Shown one piece after another: positions 50,601-61,400 of a stretch of DNA of 64,000 nucleotides. Each line of letters begins with the position of its first letter. Positions within the stretch are counted from its first letter, which is position 1. The translations under genes were made by a program, and so were the position numbers. Origin of the DNA: Squalus acanthias (taxonomy: Eukaryota). Under the pieces are notes generated by a model, which searched no databases, was not told where the DNA came from, and worked only from the letters and a program-made list of their open reading frames with translations. The DNA lies in NCBI GenBank assembly GCA_030390025.1, contig CM059431.1:145640001-145704000 (forward strand). Direction: 5' to 3'.

Positions 50601-53600
50601 ACATCAAAGCTATTCAAAGTACTCCATGTCACACTAAGTGTCCACATAATCCCCCATAACCTACAGAGTCCCTCTCCTATTAACTTCAGCGAATGCAGTT
50701 ACCGATTGGGAAAACAGTTCCTACAATACCAGGCTAGCAGCCGCCTCCTGTTTCTCTTCAATATTCCTTTATTTTTGCTCACACATCTCCATATTAAAAA
50801 CTTCCATTGTTTCTCATTCTACCCGATGGTTTTATCTTTTGTCTGTCGCTGCCTCAAATAGGTCCTGGTTGGTCTTTTTGAACCGCTGCAATCCTGTGGT
50901 GACGTTGAAAAATCCACTTGCAGGATTTTTAGTCAGCAATGATGAAGGAACCATGATATGTGTTCAGGTCAGGTTAGCCTGTGATTTACAGGGAAGATTG
51001 GAGCAGCGGGTATCTCAGGACTTTGCTGCTCTTATCCTTATCAATGATGGAGAGAGCTGGTATGAGCGGTGATGTTAATTTAAGCTTGGTGATTTGCAGT
51101 GGATAATACAGACTGCAGCAATAGTGCACTGATGGTGACCGGTGTGGATATTGTGGATTTGAATCAAGCAGAATGTTTTGCCCTGAATGACGCCGAGCTT
51201 TATGGCTGGTGTTGTGGGTGTAACCATTTAAGACGAGTGGTGATTATTCCATCACATGCCTAACTTGAGGCCTAGTGAAGAGGCTTTCAGAGATCAGGAC
51301 GAGAGACACATATCGTGGAGAACACAGCCTCTGCCGTTCATCCGCATAGTTGACACAGCAGGTGCCGTTAATCTTCTGGTCAATGGGCATATCCAGGATG
51401 TTGATGGTGCGGCAGTAGGTGATTTTGTTGCCGCAAAAAGTTGGGGGTATTGTTGTGACTTTTCCTGTTGGATCTGGTAATTGCCCAGCACTGACATGGC
51501 ACAAAAAAATACCTGCCTCTTGTTAGCACACGCCTGGGAAATGTTCTTGTCCTGAAATAGGCTCTCATGGGCTGCTTCATTATTTTGGAAATGGAGCAGG
51601 GCACTGTTGAATTAACAGAGAACGGATCGATTCCTGAACTTATGACAGAGCGATTGTTATTTATGATTGTACCTAACCAAGGGTGTAGCCCTGAGAAAGT
51701 CCAATTGTGATGCTTGCCCTCTAACAGCCATGCCCATTTTACTGATAATGATTCCCTTATACCCCCGATAACTATTACCTACGGTTTAACAGGGCTTCTT
51801 GATGTTGTCCTCGATCGGATCTGCACTCATGTCTACGGAAGTTAATCTCACATCTCGTGTCGCATTTTCTCTTATATCCAGGTCTCTATCAAGGCTGTGA
51901 TGAAGTTTGGAGCTGAGCGGTCCAGGCTGAGCAGGAACTGATTGTTGGCGAGTCGAATATTGTTTTGTAGATGACCCTCGATAGTTCTACAATTGACTAA
52001 TTCTATCACTGTATTGATGATTATTAAGATATTAATAGGGCAAAAATTGGCTTTGTAAATTGTGTCATTTTCCAATGAACTGAGCAGAAGTCGGAAATTT
52101 CTTATTTTATCAGGTATACTAGTAACACAACTGTACTGGAATAGACTGGCTGTGGGGGTGGTGGTGGTGGTTAATTGTTTTAGGCAGGTCTTAGTAACTA
52201 CAGACAGATACATCAAGCAATTAGGAAAGCAAATGTTATGTTTGCCTTTATTACAAATGGATTGGAGTGTAGGATAAAGAAACATTATTGTAAATATATA
52301 GGGCCTTGGTGAGACTACACCCGGAGTACTGTGTACAGTTTTTGTCTCCTTACCTGAGGAAGCATATACTTGCCTTAGAGGGAGTGGAACGATGGCCTGC
52401 CAGACTTATTCCTGGGATGGGAAGGGGGTGGGATTGTCCTATGAGGAGATATTGAGGAGACTATCCAAATATTCCCTAGAGGTAATCTCATTGTAACGTA
52501 TACAATTCTTAAGAGGCTTGACAGGATAAATGTTTAGAGGATGTTTCCCCTGGCTTGGGAGTCTAGAAGTAGGTGTCACTCTCTCAGAATAAGGGGTCAG
52601 TCATTTAGGTTCGAGATGAGGAGAAATGTCTTCACTCAGAGGGTTGTGAATCCTTGCAATTATCTACCCCAGAGGGCTGTGGATGCTCATTCGTTGAGTA
52701 TATTTTCAGAACAGAGATGGATTTTTGGATACTAAGGGAACCAAATAATATGGGACTATTGTGAAAGGTGGACTTGAGGTAGAAGATGAGCCATTATGCT
52801 TTTGAAGGGCCAAATGGCAGACTCCAGCTCCTATTTCTAATGTTCTTATGTTCTTAACTAGGGTTCTGTTAGGATCAGTTATCTCTGTGGTCAGTTTGTT
52901 CCAGTGCTTCCTATTGTCACGTGCGGAGATCTCCATTGGCTTGACGCTGGGCTGAATGCTTATGGGAGCCACGTTTGCTCGTTAAAATTTCACTTTTGGC
53001 TGAATCTACTTCGAACACTGAAGCCTTGTTTCCATCAGCGGGGTGTCTTGGACTCGCCCCTGCCTGATAATCTCCTGTTGACACTCCCATTAATAAATGG
53101 ATGTGGCAGGCAGTGTACGCTTAGTTCTTATTGTTTGGCCGTGGAACACATTAACTTGATCTGCAACACTCTGCTTTTGCCGTTTTGGGTTTAATTGTAG
53201 TTTAACTAAGTTAGTGCCTCATTCTCAGTTTCAATGCTCTTGTTCCTGTCACGTTATTTAATTGTCCCCAATTAAACCCATAGTTGGAATTTTTACATTA
53301 TAGTGCCGTTAGATTGTAGAATTGTATAGGTCAGGCATCAGACATTGTCGAGGGATATAATTCTGCGAATTTGAAGGGCCCACAACACCTTATGTACGCC
53401 CAGTATCTGGCTACTAGCTATTGCCTCACTGGTAGAACTGCACAATAGAGAGTGTTCTCATTGTGGAGTCCAGACCTTGTCAATAGAAGGATTGTGTGGT
53501 GGTTACATCGATGAAAGCAATCATCTACAGACGTGTCTCTGACTGGTGCATTATTGAAGATGTGATCAAGTAGGTCACTCCACACTGCCAGTACTCTCAA

Positions 53601-54678
53601 AGCACATGCAGTAGTCTGGGAGACTGCCTTTGTAAATATAATCTGTATCAAGCTGTTGCTTGAGCAATCTGTGGGGGAGCTCTTCCAAATTAGCACCAGT
53701 CCCCAGATGGCAGTCAGGAAGAATTTTCTGGTTGGGCTGGTCTGGAATTGCCTGAGTCTTGTCCTGAATTGATGCTGTAGTGTTGTCGATTGGTCGATAT
53801 TATAGTTCCCTTATTTATTGTTTCAATCACGTGCTCTGAATACCCCTTTGTTTGTCAGCACAACTGCAGGTCCTTTTTCAGTGAATATACTTTCCCAAGG
53901 CCCGTGTTGTCTTTGGCAGGGATGATGCCTGCTGGCAATGGAAAGTGAGAACGAAGGAGAGACAGCTTTATTAGTAATTTTGGGAGATTTACAGTCACGA
54001 CCATTGTTTGTTCCCATTTTTAAACAACATGTTTTTATATCAGATACACTGGAATGTGTCAATCTGGTTTCATGGTTGTTTGGATTAAGTGCGATTGATT
54101 CTGTCTAGCAGGATCATCTCTTTGACTGAATATTGGCAAATCGCCCCGGCCTGCTGCACGCCCACAGTGCAGAGTTGCAAATATACAAAATAATCCTGTC
54201 TTTTTTCTCTCTGCAAGTATTTCTGGTGGAGTTTAATGAACTTTATTTCCAGGGTTTGGATTCCATAGATGTGCAGACTGTTTGAGTAAATATAGCATGG
54301 GACACAACACATTGTCTTTTTAGCTCAGTTTTCGATAATTTGCGGCCCTTTGATGTGTGTCTGACTCAGGGCGCACCAGGCTTTGCGAAGTCTGGGCAGG
54401 ATTGGACGGAAGTAGGCTTTCTGCAATCTGAGGAGTGTTCAAAGGTTGACTGTTCTTTTTGCAGAAGACTAATAATTGTTGCCGGCTTGCTGATGACTTG
54501 ATCGTGATGTAATGGCTGGGTCCAGGCCACATCTCGCTGAGAATTTATACCCAGGAACTTCTGCTCTTTGCTGGCCTTGATTTGTTGTGACCGCCACCAT
54601 GTGCTGTGCGACTGTTCCGTTTGGACTATCTCTAGTTTCCTCACTAAATCGCTGTGTTGGGACACAATCTTTAATAAC
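47643..54678 (+). repeat. Tandem copies B/C of the ~6.3 kb unit
   Basis: AACGAAGGAGA.ACAGCTTTATTAGTAAT at 47643 and 53950 gives a period of ~6307 bp. 47643-48360 aligns to 53950-54678, where the ERV interrupts. Confidence 0.9.
52205..52855 (+). mobile_element. CR1 3' fragment, paralogous to 1512-2128
   Basis: Same boundaries and sequence as in copy A, so it was inserted before the duplication. Confidence 0.85.
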
Positions 54679-55772
54679 TGTAAGGGGTATCTTAAGTGAG
54701 CGGTTCGAATCGAACAACACCCCTCCGGTTCCTAGACTTTGGGCTTATTTAGGGGTTGTGAACAAAATTGCAGTAAACAGGTTCTGAACAAAGAAATTTA
54801 CTTTCTTAAAAGAAAAAGGTAACAAACTTGAAAACACACGTATTACTTAAACACAGATTCGGGGAACACACGGTACAAGCGAGGGAAACGACAATAAATC
54901 AAACAAAACCCTATCCCTCCCAAATATCCCACTATCTGGCTAGGTTTTTGGTTTCAGGAGATCAGGGATAATGCTCACCAACGAGTCCTTGACAGGATAT
55001 TAGAGTCTTTTTGTTTAAAAGGACTCCGGAAGGCCCTTATGGTTTCTTCTTGCGTGCTGGTTTTCTTCCTCGTGGGTTGTGGTAAGTTTTGCTGGAGCAG
55101 GGAGAGAGCTGTGTTCGCGTCGCCAGTCAGTCCAAAGAGAGAGAGATTATGGCACAGGCTTTCAAATTATACTGTATCTTTTTTCGCGCTCAAAACCCCT
55201 TAATAAAACGAATTCCTTTTAGAATGTAAATGACCCTCTGTCTCGTTTTTGGCGGGCTGGCCAGCTCCGATGGTTCTTGCTTAGTGTTAATCGCTTTCCG
55301 ATTTAAACACCGCCTTATCTACACGCCAAATCTTCACTCTATTGTCCTTCTGTTTGGCAGGCTTTTAAATCGGTTCTCTGATTACCTGATTGATTGTTTT
55401 TTTTGGATGGGATAATGGCTATGAAACTGTGTGATCGAAATTAAATTGTCATTGAATCGTTTTTAGATTTCCAGCATCTTTAAGCCCCTGGGGATCCATA
55501 TTTGAATGTGTTTGTGAGTTTTTTTTTTGGTTTTGTCGAGAGATTACTGCACTGCCTGGCCACGCTCCTCTGCAGCCTGTGTGTTTGTGAAGGCGTCTTT
55601 CCCCAGTAAGATTCGAAAAGTCAGTTTTCTCAAGGTTTTCTTCTTGTGGTCTTAGGTTTTTACATCAAATCACTTCACTGAGGTCCCATCATCCCAAGTT
55701 TGTATGAAAAGTCCAAAAATCACTCCCTTTAGGGCTCTGTTCGAGTTTCTGGGGGATTTTGCGAAGCCTACA
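54679..55772 (-). repeat. 3' LTR of the ERV (~1094 bp)
   Basis: Termini TGTAAG...CCTACA (TG..CA, imperfect inverted repeat). The left edge is exactly where homology with the paralog (48360) stops, and the right edge abuts the PPT. Confidence 0.8.
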
Positions 55773-55787
55773 TACCCCACTTTGAAA
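55773..55787 (-). other. Polypurine tract (PPT)
   Basis: The minus strand reads TTTCAAAGTGGGGTA|TGTAGG immediately before the LTR. Confidence 0.65.
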
Positions 55788-56058
55788 CTAACACTGACTT
55801 AGTATCATTAACAGGTGAGCAAAATTTCCGATCCCCGAAAACCAACCTTCCCCTGTATTACCTAAACTAAAAACCCAAACATTAATTCCCCTTTTGAAAG
55901 TGGTGTTTCAGGTACATACAGGTAAGAATCAATCTTTATTTCACATCCAAGCACAGAGAGAGTACAACTCCCCTGCACAGCTTGGAAAAAAACACATCAT
56001 ACACATCGTAAAAATGACACAACACACATACAATTTTTTTTTAATTAAAAGACGAAAT

Positions 56059-58336
56059 TCAAGTTTCGTTCCATCCCTGGCCACAGCCTTTCTTTTGATG
56101 CACTTCCCAAGTCCCTTCGTGTCTGGAGCGGAGCTCCCCGTCCCTTCCCCTGCACTTTGTACACAGCAGGTAGAGAACTATCCCGAGCTGGCAGACCACC
56201 AAAAGATGGGAAGCCATCCTGATCCAGGACGGCACCTCTATATTCTCGAAAATATCTAACCAGGGTGGAACTACTATATTCAAAATCTCTGCCCCTATTT
56301 CAACTGTTTTCTGTTCTAGGGTGTAGAAATATTTTTGTGAAATCTCTACAGCTTTAAGTAGGATGGTAAGATGTTCGGGTAGAGTGGGAATTTTATATCC
56401 AAAGTAAGTCACATACTTTTGCAGGTTGGTGATGTTTTCTGTTACAGTGACGTGAACAGTGGGGGGTTCAGGATGGGGGACAATCCGTTCCTGGGCCACT
56501 TGAACTTCTGCCTCGGGTTTAAAGCATAAACTGCTGTCGCTTACCGGACACCAGAAGTGTCCATGCTGGTAGTGAGTCGCACCTGTGGTGACACAATATG
56601 TCCCACCGCCTATATATGCTACCTTTGGGGAAACATGGCCGTGTGCCATCACCTCCATGGTACAATTGATAGGTCGTGCTCCAGCAACTTTAAACCCGCA
56701 CTGTGGTTTGGAATAGGCGTTCAAGTGCTGGGGACACAGTATTATGTGTGAACCCCGGCTCCGGCACCCGGAGAGGTCAGTACCTGTCATGGCGTGCTCC
56801 CACTTTATGACATAAGGTGGGACCGCTGTAAAACGGATGTGTGCACCCACTTGAATGACTCCAATGTTCTCCACCCTGTATACCGTTACGGGTCGGGCTG
56901 TCCCACTCATGACCGGCATTCTCACTACTATTCCCATGATAGTGTGATTTGAACGCCCACAATATATTGGGACAGGGTAGGCTTCAGAGGCTAGTCGAAA
57001 TTGGCATGGGCTCAGAGAATTACTAAACGGGTGGAGGGCTGCAAGGTGCTTGTTGCTGATACAGGAGGGGACTAAACCTTGCTTTAAATCCTCCAGGTTG
57101 CTACGGCCCTCGACAGCAACCATGCCCCGTACAGCACACACACCTCATTCTGTGCAGCCTGATCCGATGCATTCCTATCCTCCCGTATGAGTGCATTTAC
57201 TGTTTTGACATGCCTTTACTATTCTGCAATAATTTCCTTTAAATGAACCGTCATAGCTTGCTCCTCATGTAGCTCTGAGCCTACCACTGTGTTCCCATCC
57301 TTCAGGATCTTTCCTAACTGGGTTTTTAACCATTTATCTGTGTCTGTAATTCCATGTCATCCCGTGCCCATAGGGTTATCAGGGTGTATTCTGTATAGCT
57401 CTACTTTGCCTATATTGGCAAAATCAAATTCGTAAAATTTCCGAAACAGTTCCTTTAGCAGGGCCTGGTACAGCTGCTCCGTCTCCTTAGGACACCACTC
57501 AGGTAAGTATACCTCGGTAAGGTTTAATATTACTGAAGCTACTGCATAGTGTACCCCCTGGTATAGTACCTTTTCGTTTGGTACTAGGACTAACCCATTC
57601 CCTGGTCCCTTGGTGGTGGTAGGGCACTTTTCTTCCAGGGTTTTCGGTACCTGGGTCGTGGGTAGGGGCTTTCGGGTGTGTGCCACGAGTTCAGTGGCAT
57701 TAACTGGGACCGGAATGTATGGGACCACGCACCCATGCAGGCTAGAATCCCACCCTATCCCCTCCCCGGCATCTTTCCATTTGCTGGAGATGATGACGGA
57801 TACCCCTGTGGGGCAGGCTTCCTCTGATCCCCACATACAAACATAGACTCCCTGTTCTGAAACCCACCACTTATCCCAACAAACACTAACTCCTCCTTGT
57901 GTCCCTGTGATTGTCCGGTGGGTGTCGTTCCCTAATCGTTCCCAGTGGGCTGAATGGTCCCCTGCGTCCCTGCTCAGCTTCCTGAGCCACCACCACCTAT
58001 TCAAGGGAATTCGTCCCTTACAGGTAAGGCACACACGCTTCCCCTCGGTGACACTGACCCTTGTGGCAACGACCTGTATTCTGGGGCATGGCGGGGAGGC
58101 CTCCCCGTACGCGAACCCGGGCTGGTTGGAGTATTTAGTAGAGTTAGACACCAGCCACCCTGGCCACCTTCCCTCGTGGAAGTAGATGGCGAGCTCCTCC
58201 ACTCCCCGCTCGCCACCCCCTGTGGTGACGACTGGTGCTCTCACTCCTGAGCACCCATAGATGTCGGAGTCCTCCACGTCACCTCGGTCACCGATGCTCA
58301 CCCTACCAGGGCGAGCAGGACCAGAAACCTTGTCAT
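56059..58336 (-). pseudogene. env: ERV env: signal peptide + Ig-like domain + paramyxovirus-F-like class I fusion ectodomain + TM; disabled
   Basis: ATG 58336 gives MTRFLVLLALVG*AS (signal-peptide-like). Ig motif VTEGKRVCLTC..WWWLRK..EQGVYVC. F2-like GLVLVP..VILNL..CP...Y..LL. F1-like RMPV..VYRVENIG..VPPYV..DLSGC..LCP..CG..NC. TM ASHLLVVCQLGIVLYLLC. Several in-frame stops and about 3 frameshifts. Confidence 0.8.
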
Positions 58337-58349
58337 CCCGAAGTCCTTT

Positions 58350-58372
58350 CTGTAGGGGCACACACAAAACAT
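58350..58372 (-). promoter_or_regulatory. Candidate env splice acceptor
   Basis: The minus strand reads GTTTTGTGTGTGCCCCTACAG|AAAGGACTTCGGG ATG, an AG 13 nt before the env ATG, as expected for a subgenomic env mRNA. Confidence 0.5.
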
Positions 58373-58453
58373 ATATCCATGTCCCAAAAAGGTTCTCTGG
58401 CTGGATAATTAATCAAACCCTTAAACTTAAAAAAAACTCTACAAACAACTAAA

Positions 58454-61400
58454 CTAGCGATAACCATAACTACCAAAACTGCAATTACTTAAAACCGAAA
58501 AATTCTGTACATTTGCCGCCCGTCTCCTGTTTAGTCTCTGCCTTATGTGGCCTCTGGATGGCTTGTACACCTGGGTATAGTGCGGCCTGTTCCGCCGGAC
58601 CCAGAAGGCCTTCCTCAAAACCGCTGGGGGTAACTTAACATCCCAGCTGCGTCCTGTACTGCAGCACACTACCCCCTTTTGTGTGACTGCAGCGCCCTCG
58701 TTCATATCTGTGGGCTCCTCCCAGCCTGAGGCTGCGGGCGGGGGACCCTTCTCTCTCTCTTCTTCCAGTACTACCTCTCCTGTGAAACCCTCACTCTTGG
58801 AGGCTGCAGGCTGGGAATCCCCAACTTTAGAACGCTCCCTGCTCTTGGGCGCTCTTTTTCGGGTTGCAACCCTCTTTGGGTGGGACCTTTAAACAGATAC
58901 ACCTGTGGAGACTGAAGCCTTTGCTGTGGTGTGCGGGGAGACCTTCTTAGGGCTCTGGCCACTGGGGGTGTGCTTGAGTCCCACATAATCGGTGGAGTGA
59001 CCTCTCCTGTGAGACAACACACTGTCCCTCCCGCTGCAGCTTGTGCGTCTGCCACAGCTGCGGCTGGCTGAGGATTTCTAACTTGGGGGCCATCCAGCTT
59101 TGCCGGCTGTTCCCTTTTAGGTTTAAACAGTTTGCATTGTTTGATGTGAAACCACGTTGTACGGCGGGGCATCTTTATGGCATAGACCATGGGGCTTGCC
59201 TTGTCTACAATGTTGTAGGGCCCCATGTACAATGGTTCGAAACTCCCTACCCGAGCAAAATTTCTAACCATGACCTGATCTCCAACCTCCCACTCGTGGT
59301 GCTTGCGGGGTTCCAGCAGCAATCGGTTACCCCAATGCTGTTTTCCCATGTTACTCGCAGCCTGCCAGTGGACCTTTTTAAGGTGGTCCAACAGATTCCT
59401 GACGAATATGTCCCGGTTCACCTCCCTGAGCTGCCCTTCCCTGAGCACCGGGGCTAGCACATAGGTGGGGGTCCGCATAATCCTGCCAGTCATGAGCTGG
59501 TGTGGGGAATACCCCGTGCTTTTTGACTGGCTGGCCCGGATCCCCATTAGGACCAACAGTGAGGCGTCTACCCACTTTTTGGGTGAGTCTCCCATCTCCT
59601 TTCGCAGCCTTTCTTTGATGGTACGGTTTAAACGCTCCACAATCACTGATGACTGTGGGTTGTGGGCGATGTGCCATTTCCCTTCTATGCCGAGTACCCT
59701 GAGGATCTCTTGCATGACCTGCACAGTAAAGTGACTCCCCTGGTCTGACTCCACATACTGTAGGAGCCCCCATCGTGACAACACTTCCCTGACCAGGATC
59801 CTGGCTGTACCCAAAGCGGTAGCTGTTCGACATGGAAAAGCTTCCACCCACTTTGAGAACACATCCACCAGGACTAGGCAGTATTTGTAGCCACCCTGAG
59901 CGGTGGGTAGGTGCCCGATGTAGTCGACCTGGATCGACTGCCATGGTCCCTTTACCCTCCTGATGTGTCCCATAGATACCTTCCTTTTCTGTGGGTCAGT
60001 GTTGTTAGCAGCACACACCAGACAGCCTGCACAGAACTCGCGGACATCCTCCCTCAGTCCTGGCCAACATCCTGCCTGTTCCACCCGCTGCCAGGTGGTC
60101 TCAAGCCCGGGATGCCCCGCTCCTGGACCCTCACGGGTCAGTTGGAGGATTTCCCTTCGGTGCTGCTGCGGCACTACCCATTGTTCCCCACTGAACAGCA
60201 TCCCTTCTTTGCGGGTGATGGCTGCTGCGCCGTAAGGGCCCTCTACCTTCTCCCCTCTAGCCAGCGTTTCCAGGACAGTTTTTAGGATGGGATCCCGTGC
60301 CGGGACCGTCTTTAGGTCCGGGGTCAATGCTACCCCTGCACTCCCTTGGGTCCCTCCTCTGCCTCTGATTGATGCTACCGGGTTTGATCCATATGGATCC
60401 AACAACGTGCCTGTACTGGCACCCTCTTTGGCCAGCATGTCGGCTTGGTGATTGCCCTCTGCGCGGGGCTTTACCTTGGAATGGGCCTTCACCTTTTGCA
60501 TGTATACCCTACCTTCCTCCCCTACTGCCCTCATGATTTTCTCCAACAGAGCCTTGATGGCCAGGGATCTCACATCAGCGGAGGCGTATCCACAACGGGA
60601 CCAGATGGCCAGGTACTCTGTACACGAATTGCATGTGAACATGCTGTCCGAGCAAATCGTGTATGGCGTAGGGAATTCCTTGGGGTGTGTGACTACATAC
60701 ACCACCGCAGACAGTTCAGCCTGCTGGGCACTCATGGTGCTGGGGAGCTTGATTGCCAGAGCAATGCCTGCCTCTGGGTCATAAATCCCACACCCTGTGG
60801 GTCGTTTGCCAGCTGATACTGTGCTTGAACCGTCCACGTAGATTTCGCGGCCTGTGGGGTGTATCCCAGCTCGCAAACCTATGTTGACTTCCCATACCCC
60901 TTCAACGGAACTCCGGTGGGCTGTCCCTGAGTAAATCATGTTTGCTACGAGCTTTGGCTCGCAGAGACCTTTTACCCTCAGATCCATTTGTGAGAGAAGC
61001 AGGGTCCAGCGAGCAATGCGAGCACTGCTCACTGTCCCATCTTTAATTCTCCCATCCAAGAGCATCTGGGTGGGCGTGTGGTGAGTGAGGAGTGTGATGG
61101 GAGAGGTGCCTGTGAAGATCAATGATCTTTTCACAGCCCAGTGAGTGGCTAGGAGGTGCCTCTCACAGTTGGAGTAGCTCCTCTCCACATCAGTGAGCAT
61201 TCTGGTGAAGTAAACCACTGGTCTCAGCTTGCCATGCCTGTCTTGGAGCAGCACTGTACTCAGACTGTCCCCACTGGCTGCTACCTCCAGGAAAAACTCT
61301 ACCCCTCCATCAATGGCCCCTAGAGCCATGGCGGTTTGCAGATCTCTCCTGAGTTTCAGAATGGTAGCCTCGCAACCCTCATCCCAAACCTGCTCCACTC

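Noticed and set aside
50304..50861. 185-aa hydrophobic ORF (and 60-440 paralog) as a membrane protein
   Set aside because: CT-rich low-complexity DNA; indels between the paralogous copies do not preserve the frame; no motifs.
57786..58085. Host Ig/TCR V gene segment
   Set aside because: It lies between pol and the 3' LTR, in frame with the F2-like region, with no leader intron or RSS. It is part of the viral env.
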